Assembly: GCA_021325095.1 (NCBI GenBank)
Contig: JAJPHV010000108.1
Location: 1 to 12,492 of the forward strand
DNA: 12,492 bases
Direction of reading: 5' to 3'
Origin: Chloroflexota bacterium
GTDB taxonomy: Bacteria; Chloroflexota; Anaerolineae; Aggregatilineales; UBA2796
The translations under genes were made by a program, and so were the position numbers. Of this stretch, positions 6,848 through 12,492 are shown in pieces (the stretch's first letter is position 1; each line of letters opens with the position of its first letter). The notes beneath the pieces were generated by a model. The model ran no database searches. It was not told the origin of the DNA and worked only from the letters and a program-made list of their open reading frames with translations.

Positions 6848-6872
6848 TATCCCTATCCCCCCCATAGGGATA
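6848..6872. promoter_or_regulatory. candidate CsoR-type operator: perfect 9-bp inverted repeat TATCCCTAT-C7-ATAGGGATA
   Basis: TATCCCTAT at 6848-6856 and ATAGGGATA at 6864-6872 are exact reverse complements around a CCCCCCC centre. Known CsoR operators are pseudo-palindromes built around a G/C tract. The site lies in the divergent intergenic region between csoR and the 83-aa ORF. A second dyad AGGGG-N7-CCCCT lies at 6930-6946. Confidence 0.45.
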
Positions 6873-6962
6873 TAGTCATTGTATCATACGGCTAATCCCT
6901 TGTCAACTAAGTTTGAGGAATTATCTGCCAGGGGTAAATATCCCCTAGCCCCGGATATGGAT

Positions 6963-6991
6963 TTGACTTTGACGTTACCGAAATTTATAAT
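6963..6991 (+). promoter_or_regulatory. sigma70 consensus promoter of csoR (-35 TTGACT 6963-6968, 17-bp spacer, -10 TATAAT 6986-6991)
   Basis: Near-perfect hexamers at ideal spacing. The predicted transcription start is about 6998. AAAGGA at 7017-7022 is a Shine-Dalgarno 8 nt before the ATG at 7031. Confidence 0.65.
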
Positions 6992-7030
6992 CGGAGTTAA
7001 TTGCCAACTCAGTGATAAAGGATTCCGCAA

Positions 7031-7348
7031 ATGACGAATACAACGCCTGACCTTGGTGAGCAGACAACCACCTACCTCGATCCTGAACTGGTCGGAAATC
7101 TGCAAGATCGCCTTAGCCGAATCGCTGGTCACGTTAGCGCGGTTTCGCGGATGCTGGGTGAGCAAAAAGACTGTGATCAAATCCTGATCCAGATGGCCGC
7201 CATTAAAGCGGCCATGAATCAGGTGATCATCAAGACTCTGGAAGGACATATTTCGATCTGTATTCAGACACAAACGGCTGAAGGACAGAACAGTGAAGCA
7301 CTGGAAAGCTTAATGAAAGCCTTGAATGTTGTGCTAAAAAATTCCTAA
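7031..7348 (+). CDS. csoR: CsoR/RcnR-family (DUF156) metal-sensing transcriptional repressor
   Basis: 105 aa. LQDRLSRIAGHVSAVSRML...KDCDQILIQMAAIKAAMNQVIIKTLEGHISIC matches the CsoR helical bundle. The Cu(I)-ligand positions Cys (KDC), His and Cys (EGHISIC, H-x3-C) are all present. A consensus promoter and ribosome binding site lie upstream. Confidence 0.9.
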   Translation: MTNTTPDLGEQTTTYLDPELVGNLQDRLSRIAGHVSAVSRMLGEQKDCDQILIQMAAIKAAMNQVIIKTLEGHISICIQTQTAEGQNSEALESLMKALNVVLKNS

Positions 7349-7508
7349 GCTCGTGTTTCGCAGTTGGAGCATTCCCCTTCAGTAGACAGTTCGCAGCCAG
7401 GTAGTGCCGCAATAGATAGAAGCCATTTGATAAAGCGTGAAGCAAGGTGATCGCCTCATATAGCCGGTGCAAGACGTTTCAACAGGCGGTGAATGGACGC
7501 CAGATAAA

Positions 7509-7781
7509 TCATGCTTTCACTACGGTCGGTGAAGAACGCAAAGTCTTTGCTGAGGCGCCGAGCCAGGCCAACGAGCACTCCACCAGCCAGCGCCAGGGGA
7601 TGACTTCAAAGCCCTGGAGGTCATCGCTGCGCAGGGTAATATCGACAATGATCGTCTTGAACTTCTGGGCGAGCCAGTCGACAAACTCGCCGCGATAGCC
7701 GCCATCGGCCCACAGCCGCTTCAGAGGCTTGAACACGACTTTGGGCAAGGCCTTGAGCAGTTCAATGCTGAGATCACTTGC
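7509..7781 (-). mobile_element. 3' fragment of an IS5-family (IS427/IS903-like DDE) transposase gene, truncated at the 5' side; pseudogene remnant
   Basis: LWADGGYRGEFVDWLAQ...LRSDDLQGFEVIPWRWLVECSLAWLG matches the C-terminal DDE region of IS5-family transposases (xADxGY, RW(V/I)VE, AWL). The frame is closed by a TAG at 7782-7784 on the minus strand. Sequence further upstream is not transposase-like in any frame. Confidence 0.6.
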
Positions 7782-7942
7782 CTAGTCACTCGGATTCTGC
7801 GACACTTGGCTTCACTCCTGGTAGGTTCTCTGCGTAAAGTTCGCACTTTCCAGTCTACCCAACAGGACTTTTTTCTCGCCTTCTTTTTCAAATGGCTTCG
7901 AAGAGGTATTGGAGCTAGACGCTGTTCACGAACCTGGAAAGG

Positions 7943-8377
7943 ATGTATATGCCGCTGGTGACACGATGGGCCATTCGGGCCGCTATGGTTTACCTGTTGC
8001 TAGGGCTGCTGACCGGAACCCTCTACTGGGCGAATCTACAATGGGCATTGTGGCCGCCGCTGGCCGCGTTAAGCCCAACCTATCTGCATTTGCTGGTGAT
8101 CGGCTGGCTGACCCAGCTTGTTTTCGGCGTCATCTACTGGATGTTCCCGATCATCAACAAAGCCAACATGCGCGGCGACCCCCGGCTGGCATGGAGCGTG
8201 TTGCTCCTGCTCAATGCGGGCATGATCCTGCGCCTGATCTGCGAACCCTGGCGCGCCAGCGCTCCCAATGACCTGAACGGCCTGGGGCTGGTCGTGTCGG
8301 CCATATTGCTCACGCTGGCTGGCTACCTGTTCGTGGTCGTTTGCTGGCCGCGTGTGCGTGAGAGAGCAGGAAGCTGA
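7943..8377 (+). CDS. 4-TM integral membrane protein, paralog A (conserved H-x2-LLV-x-GWL-x-QL-x2-GV-x-YW-x2-P motif)
   Basis: 144 aa. Four hydrophobic helices. The ATG at 7943 or 7949 is preceded by GGAAAGGA. A paralog follows 3 nt later. Confidence 0.6.
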   Translation: MYMPLVTRWAIRAAMVYLLLGLLTGTLYWANLQWALWPPLAALSPTYLHLLVIGWLTQLVFGVIYWMFPIINKANMRGDPRLAWSVLLLLNAGMILRLICEPWRASAPNDLNGLGLVVSAILLTLAGYLFVVVCWPRVRERAGS

Positions 8378-8380
8378 CCA

Positions 8381-8836
8381 ATGCCCCTCTTGAGTCGCTG
8401 TTTCATCCGCTCTGCGCTGGTTTGCCTGGCAATTGGTTTCACGTTGGGCGGGCTGATGCTCTCGGCGAAGGGTGGCGCTGTCGATGCGCGGGTCTGGGCC
8501 TGGCTGCCCATGCACATCGCTTTGCTGGTCAATGGCTGGCTCGTTCAGCTTTCACTGGGCGTCATGTACTGGATCTTGCCGCGTATTCATCTGGGGGATC
8601 GCGGGCGGCCCGCCTGGGCGTGGAGCGGGTTCGTCTGCCTGCAAGTTGGCCTGCTGCTGGCGCTCGTTTCCGGGGCCAGCCTGTGGATTGCAGAGGCAGC
8701 CAACCTGTTTGCACCGGCGATGGTGTTACAGGCGGCAGGCATCGTCCTGTTTGCCGTCCATGCCTGGCCGCGCATCCGCCCCGCGATTGTGCGCGCCGCG
8801 CAGGGCGCAGGTGACAGAACAGTTTCAAACTCCTGA
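8381..8836 (+). CDS. 4-TM integral membrane protein, paralog B, translationally coupled to paralog A
   Basis: 151 aa. It shares HIALLVNGWLVQLSLGVMYWILP and AWAWS with paralog A (HLLVIGWLTQLVFGVIYWMFP and LAWS). AGGAAG lies at the end of gene A. Confidence 0.6.
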   Translation: MPLLSRCFIRSALVCLAIGFTLGGLMLSAKGGAVDARVWAWLPMHIALLVNGWLVQLSLGVMYWILPRIHLGDRGRPAWAWSGFVCLQVGLLLALVSGASLWIAEAANLFAPAMVLQAAGIVLFAVHAWPRIRPAIVRAAQGAGDRTVSNS

Positions 8837-8847
8837 TTCGCAAACGA

Positions 8848-8876
8848 AGTGCCCGGCGTGCGCAATGCCGGGCACT
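8848..8876. terminator. bidirectional hairpin between convergent genes (10-bp perfect stem AGTGCCCGGC / GCCGGGCACT, 9-nt loop)
   Basis: The hairpin lies 12 nt after the paralog B stop and about 44 nt after the flotillin stop. Flanking T stretches are weak on both strands, so intrinsic termination is only moderately supported. Confidence 0.45.
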
Positions 8877-8919
8877 GTTGTGCGTGATTGGTTGGGACAG
8901 GTGGGAGAGCCGTTCGCCC

Positions 8920-10962
8920 CTAACTCTGTTTGTCGCCGCTCTCGGCCACGTCCATCGCACCGACCACATTCTGACCATTGCCAGACTTGTTGGCGATCTG
9001 GTCAAGGATGCTCTGGCGGATGCGTTCGACCTCGGTACTGGGCCTGCTCTGAGCGCCCGCCTTCCCGTCAACGGTCAACTTCTCGGACAGCAGCATCGCC
9101 ATCAGCGCCTCGAACGCGCTGTAGCTGCCGCCATTGCCACTGCCGTTGCCGCCGGTGATCACCATCTTCGGCACGATGTCGATACCGGATTTCTCGACGG
9201 CAGCGCTGAAGCGATCCAACGCCTGTTGGAGCACCTGGAACTGCGGCCCGCCGTAAGCGCGTACCTGTTCCTCGACGGCCAGGGCGCGGGCAATCCCGAT
9301 ACGGGCTTCGCGCTCGGCGTCCGCTTCGGCCAGCGCTTTGATCTTGGCCGCTTCTTGCAGCGAGCGCTGGTAGGAAGCCTTACCTTCGTTGCTCTGGATA
9401 GTGATGCTGATCTGCGATTCGGTCAGCGATTGCTGCTGCCGGGCGATGGCTTCGGCCTCGCGGAGTTCACGCTCTTTGGCAGCGGCAGCTTCCTTGCGGC
9501 TGTACGTTTCGATCTGTTCGACGGCGATCTGGCGATCCCGGAGCTGGGCCAGGATTTGCTCGATCTTCTGATCCGAGGCCGAGGACGCGGGCGTGCCAAT
9601 CAGCACTTCTTCCAGTTCCAGGTTGTAATGTGCAAAGCGATCCTTCATCTCCCGCGATGATTGATCTTGAATCTGGCTGCGTTCCTGGATCAACTGGATA
9701 AGGGTGCGCGTCTGCCCGATGTTCTTGAAGTACGCCGCCACCATCGGGTCAAGGGTCTGGTCAACCAGGCGCTTGATGTCGCCAAAGCGCTGGATGACCA
9801 GCGGCGCTTTGCGGTAGTCGATGTGAATGACCACCGAAAGCGGCAGAAGCGGCTCAAAAGCATCCTTCGTGATCAGTTCCACTGCCGACAGGTTTTCGTC
9901 GAAGCGATGCGCGCCGACCTCGTCCTTGTTCCACTTCAAGATGATGTTGGTAGTCGGCACCAGAATGACTTTCCCCGCATAGGTGTTGAAGGCATACTTG
10001 CCGGGCATCAGCGGCGTACTCCAAACACCCTTGAAGCCTTTCTCCACCATTTCGCCGTGCTTGTAATCTTCGCCGGAGATGTCGCCGCCTCGTCCGCCTG
10101 TGTACGACACAATGACCCCGACGAAACCGACGTCGATCACTGTCTTGGGAATCATCTCGACGGTGCCGAACAGCCGATTGATGAAATACGTGCCCTCGAC
10201 GAGCACCTGCAACTGGCGACCACGCCGGCCACCCGCTGCCAGGAACTTCTCCGGGTCCTGGAAATTGTTGTGATACGTACTGGGGTCCTTCGGGTCGTCG
10301 CCTACTGTCGGGGCGATGATGTCATCCTGGGAAAGGGATGGGCCGTCGTGTACGGTTACGATTCCGACCAGATCGTCTGCACCTTTGATGACGACAGGCC
10401 GGAAGCCCTCGCGCTCCTGGATCAGGGCGGCCATCCGTTTGAAAGTGGCTTCTTCCTCACGACTGATCGGCAGGTAGTAGTTGCCTGCTTCGGTCAACAC
10501 CACGAACTGCGCCAGGTTGATGGCATATGTACCTTCACGCAGGATTTCACGCTGCGGGCCGCGCTGCCCACCGTGTTTCAGAAAGCCTTCCACGTCCTGG
10601 AAGGTCTTGCCTTCGGGGATGACCGCACCGAGGGTCTGTGTCGGGCGCATCGGCATACCGTCGCGCGCGAAGACGTACCCGATCTGGCCCTGCGGAATCG
10701 TGACCAATGGCGCAAGATGAACACGATACTGGAAGGGCATCAGAAAATGGACGCCACCGCGCAGAACATTCGGTTGAAAACCGGCCTCTTTGTTGAGCGC
10801 AATGAACCCGTCCTTGACGGAACCCTTGCCCGAAAAGACCTTTTCCACGATGCCGATACGATTGTTGGGGACGATGCGGATGACCCTGGTCAACAGAAAG
10901 TACAGCACGACGATTATGGCGACCAGCAGGAGAACTGTAACGGCAAGCTGTAGCTGCGGCAT
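8920..10962 (-). CDS. flotillin-family SPFH (band 7) membrane scaffold protein
   Basis: 680 aa. It has an N-terminal TM hairpin, an SPFH-like core (RIVPNNRIGIVEKVFSGKG) and a long Glu/Ala-rich coiled coil (EAAAAKERELREAEAIARQQ, ALAEADAEREARIG) typical of the flotillin domain. GAGGAG sits 7 nt before the ATG. Confidence 0.9.
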   Translation of the reverse strand: MPQLQLAVTVLLLVAIIVVLYFLLTRVIRIVPNNRIGIVEKVFSGKGSVKDGFIALNKEAGFQPNVLRGGVHFLMPFQYRVHLAPLVTIPQGQIGYVFARDGMPMRPTQTLGAVIPEGKTFQDVEGFLKHGGQRGPQREILREGTYAINLAQFVVLTEAGNYYLPISREEEATFKRMAALIQEREGFRPVVIKGADDLVGIVTVHDGPSLSQDDIIAPTVGDDPKDPSTYHNNFQDPEKFLAAGGRRGRQLQVLVEGTYFINRLFGTVEMIPKTVIDVGFVGVIVSYTGGRGGDISGEDYKHGEMVEKGFKGVWSTPLMPGKYAFNTYAGKVILVPTTNIILKWNKDEVGAHRFDENLSAVELITKDAFEPLLPLSVVIHIDYRKAPLVIQRFGDIKRLVDQTLDPMVAAYFKNIGQTRTLIQLIQERSQIQDQSSREMKDRFAHYNLELEEVLIGTPASSASDQKIEQILAQLRDRQIAVEQIETYSRKEAAAAKERELREAEAIARQQQSLTESQISITIQSNEGKASYQRSLQEAAKIKALAEADAEREARIGIARALAVEEQVRAYGGPQFQVLQQALDRFSAAVEKSGIDIVPKMVITGGNGSGNGGSYSAFEALMAMLLSEKLTVDGKAGAQSRPSTEVERIRQSILDQIANKSGNGQNVVGAMDVAESGDKQS

Positions 10963-11151
10963 ACTTTACTCCTCACAATCGGGCTGAACGCAAACGAAGC
11001 GATGCCTCACCTCTGCGGAATCTGCAATCAGTCCTAGCAATTAGGATACACCTGTTTGCCCTAGAGGGGTGAAGACATCAATCTGATAGTCCGCTGACAG
11101 TCCAGCGGTCAGCGTTGTGAGGAGAGCAAGACCAGAACAGAAAATTGACCA

Positions 11152-11179
11152 TTGGAATGTGCCAGGACTATGCTATAAT
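11152..11179 (+). promoter_or_regulatory. candidate tRNA promoter: -35 TTGGAA (11152-11157), 16-bp spacer, extended -10 TGcTATAAT (11171-11179)
   Basis: The -10 hexamer is perfect with an upstream TG, and the -35 is weak. The transcription start would fall about 5-10 nt before tRNA position 1. Confidence 0.4.
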
Positions 11180-11189
11180 CCGTTCTCCT

Positions 11190-11265
11190 GAACCCGTAGC
11201 TCAATCGGTAGAGCAGCGGACTTTTAATCCGTTGGTTGAGAGTTCGAGTCTCTCCGGGTTCACCA
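11190..11265 (+). tRNA. tRNA-Lys (anticodon UUU), with genome-encoded CCA
   Basis: Manual cloverleaf: acceptor GAACCCG/CGGGTTC; D-arm GCTC-AATCGGTA-GAGC; anticodon stem GCGGA/TCCGT with loop CTTTTAA; 5-nt variable loop; T-arm GAGAG-TTCGAGT-CTCTC; discriminator A then CCA. Confidence 0.93.
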
Positions 11266-11267
11266 CC

Positions 11268-11309
11268 CACAAACCGCATGGAGATGCGGTTTGTGCTTTT
11301 CTTGCGTTT
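11268..11309 (+). terminator. rho-independent terminator after the tRNA: 12-bp stem CACAAACCGCAT / ATGCGGTTTGTG, GGAG loop, then CTTTTCTTGCGTTT
   Basis: A perfect 12-bp stem followed by a T-rich tract immediately 3' of the tRNA. Confidence 0.7.
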
Positions 11310-11599
11310 AGGCCAACGGACATGCAGTCTTTTGTTCCTGTGCCGATCTCCCGGAAGATCAACGCTGAGTGAGCGGCGGCTCTCGCAGGCCAGCATATGC
11401 CTGCGGAACCCCTTCGAGTGGGACTGACCGCTGGAACCAGTCGCCATCTTCGGGATAGATCAGGCTGAGTACCCCCACCTCGATCTCCTCCTCGCCGTCG
11501 TCGCTGGCGATGATCCCGACAAGCTGGCCGGGGTAAGCCCGTGCCAGGCCTATCAAGACGGCGACGATCTCCTCCGGGTTGATGGTGATGATCTTGACG

Positions 11600-12335
11600 C
11601 TCCTCCTCCTCACTCGAAAATACGTCTGTGAGCGGGCTGAATCGCTCGTGGCGCTCAGACAACTCCCGCCCGCCGAACACCGCGTAGAATGACGCAGTGG
11701 TGTTCACATTACTGTGGCCCATGAGCTGTGACACTTCGGGCAGGCTGGCTCCCTTGCGCAGCATCTCGCGGGCAAAGCCGTGCCGGAAGCTGTGAGGGTT
11801 GGCACGGCCCGTCACCCCGGCCTTGCGCTTCAGGCGCTTCAGGATGTGCTTCAGGCCGTTGACGGTCAGGGGCCGCGCGTAGCTTCGGGGAAGCAGTGAG
11901 CAAAAGACCGTTGTGGCCTGTGGTGGGCGGACGGCCAGCCAGTCCGCTAGGGAGGCCTCGGTGCGGGCCGTGAAGGGCACGCTGCGCAGCCGGTCGCCCT
12001 TCTCCGTGACGACGGCCCGCCGGTGGGCAAAGTCGATGGCGTCCAGGGTCAGCGAAACCAGCCCCCGGCTCGGCAGCCGGTATCGACAAAGACAGCCAGC
12101 ATGGCCCGGTTTCGCTTGCCGAGAGGAGTGTCATCCGTCGCGGCGAACAGTTTGCGGAGATCGTCCAGATCGACGGCCTTTGGCTGTGGCTGGGAGCGGC
12201 GCGGCAGACGGATGCACTGCATGGGGTTCGTGGCCGAGGCGAGGTTGTGCTCGGCCCAAGCCCAGTTGAAGAAGCGTTTCAGGGCGCGGATGCGACCCCG
12301 GATGGTCTCAACGGCCAGTCCGCCTGACGTTTCGG
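11600..12335 (-). pseudogene. tyrosine recombinase / phage-type integrase, degraded: frameshift near 12060, no in-frame stop after the catalytic Tyr, N-terminus replaced
   Basis: The segment 12335-12049 encodes LAVETIRGRIRALKRFFNWA...GKRNRAMLAVFVDTGCRAGG, with the core-binding domain and box I Arg. The next frame continues as LVSLTLDAIDF...ANPHSFRHGFAREMLRKGASL...LMGHSNVNTTASFYAVF, giving the HxxR, His and Tyr catalytic residues. The frame switch lies in a C5 run at 12063-12067. The frame then stays open through the tRNA gene to 11201. The 3' end of the annotated span is only estimated. Confidence 0.7.
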
Positions 12336-12492
12336 GTCGATGATGGCGGCACTGGGCTGCGCGTCTCGGCCCAGCGGAATACGTAACTTTTCGCGCAGGA
12401 CGGTATTGATGCGCTCCCCAATCCCCGCTCGTCGCCACTGCCGATAATAGTCATGCACCGTCTTGTACGGTGGAAAATCATGCGGCAACAAA
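12336..12492 (-). mobile_element. 5' fragment of an IS5-family (IS427-group) transposase gene, partial at the window edge and joined directly to the integrase remnant
   Basis: LPHDFPPYKTVHDYYRQWRRAGIGERINTVLREKL...AQPSAAIID matches the conserved OrfA region of IS427-group transposases, where the usual form is LPxDFPPWxTVYxxFRRWrxdGtWe ... PSAgiIDSQSVKT. Similarity ends after IID, exactly where integrase-like coding begins in another frame. Confidence 0.55.

Noticed and set aside
6883-6906. Minus-strand TTGACA (6901-6906) plus TATGAT (6883-6888) as a promoter for the 83-aa ORF
   Set aside because: The hexamers are only 12 bp apart, far from the 16-19 bp needed for sigma70 recognition.
6884-7273. 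129-aa minus-strand ORF
   Set aside because: It is antisense to csoR and to its consensus promoter. csoR has the unmistakable family signature and a ribosome binding site, and this ORF has neither.
8069-9158. Several overlapping ORFs of 130-230 aa on both strands (8069-8515, 8422-8814, 8472-9158, 8562-9071, 8587-8865)
   Set aside because: They overlap the two paralogous membrane-protein genes in a block near 68% GC. Their Arg/Pro/Cys-rich low-complexity translations, lack of starts with a ribosome binding site, and the paralogy signal in the annotated frame all argue they are artefacts.
8878-9660. 260-aa plus-strand ORF
   Set aside because: It is antisense to the flotillin coiled-coil region. 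Long open frames arise there because the codons are an EA-repeat in reverse. No independent support.
9661-10953. 430-aa plus-strand ORF
   Set aside because: It is entirely antisense to the flotillin gene. It has no ribosome binding site and is rich in low-complexity Arg/Asp/Val runs typical of GC-driven open frames. The flotillin frame has the strong family signature.
11145-11179. TTGACC at 11145-11150 as the -35 for the tRNA promoter
   Set aside because: The spacer to the TATAAT would be 23 bp. The weaker TTGGAA at 16-bp spacing together with the extended -10 TG is the more plausible arrangement.
11201-11980. 259-aa minus-strand ORF treated as one intact gene
   Set aside because: Only the part upstream of about 11640 is integrase catalytic domain. 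The remainder is an unterminated read-through that runs antisense across the tRNA terminator and the tRNA-Lys gene, which is implausible as a real coding region. It is reported instead as part of an integrase pseudogene.
11709-12134. 141-aa minus-strand ORF in a third frame over the integrase
   Set aside because: It is a Pro/Ala/Arg-rich low-complexity translation of the integrase region in the wrong frame. The integrase motifs are in the other two frames.
1-12492. CRISPR arrays, rRNA genes, tandem repeats
   Set aside because: I found no regularly spaced direct repeats and no rRNA-like conserved stretches on either strand. The only notable repeats are the two MerR promoter copies and the short palindromes listed above.

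Overview
This is a GC-rich bacterial accessory region, about 60% GC overall, with a low-GC segment near 6.4-7.5 kb and a very GC-rich block at 8-9 kb.

(1) A 12-gene array lies on the minus strand from 6791 down to 74. It is built around a mercury-detoxification core: a MerR-family regulator, merA (with an N-terminal HMA domain and the CVNVGC and C-terminal CC motifs), a MerT/MerF-like membrane protein, a second flavoprotein disulfide reductase, an HMA metallochaperone and a small membrane protein. Two near-identical MerR-type promoter/operator copies sit at 6035-6068 and 794-827; each is TTGACA, a 19-bp spacer carrying a TTCCA/TGGAA dyad, then TAGCAT. The most interesting point is a pair of genes inserted between merR and merA that overlap by the 4 nt ATGA. 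They encode a CBM48/AMPK-beta-GBD-like small protein and a stand-alone class III nucleotidyl cyclase that carries an N-terminal Cys-Cys pair. Two Cys-rich small proteins lie upstream of merR.

(2) csoR is divergently transcribed and has a textbook sigma70 promoter. A perfect 9-bp palindrome with a C7 centre lies in the divergent intergenic region. No copA or copZ gene is nearby.

(3) A mosaic region follows. It begins with the 3' fragment of an IS427-group transposase. Two tandem, translationally coupled paralogous 4-TM proteins come next. A 680-aa flotillin/SPFH protein lies convergent to them. tRNA-Lys(UUU) has its own promoter and a strong terminator. A degraded tyrosine integrase follows; it has a frameshift in a C5 run, no in-frame stop, and its N-terminus is replaced. 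It is fused to the 5' fragment of the same type of IS transposase, which runs off the window end.

No CRISPR array or rRNA gene was seen. Many long plus-strand ORFs antisense to real genes are GC-driven artefacts.
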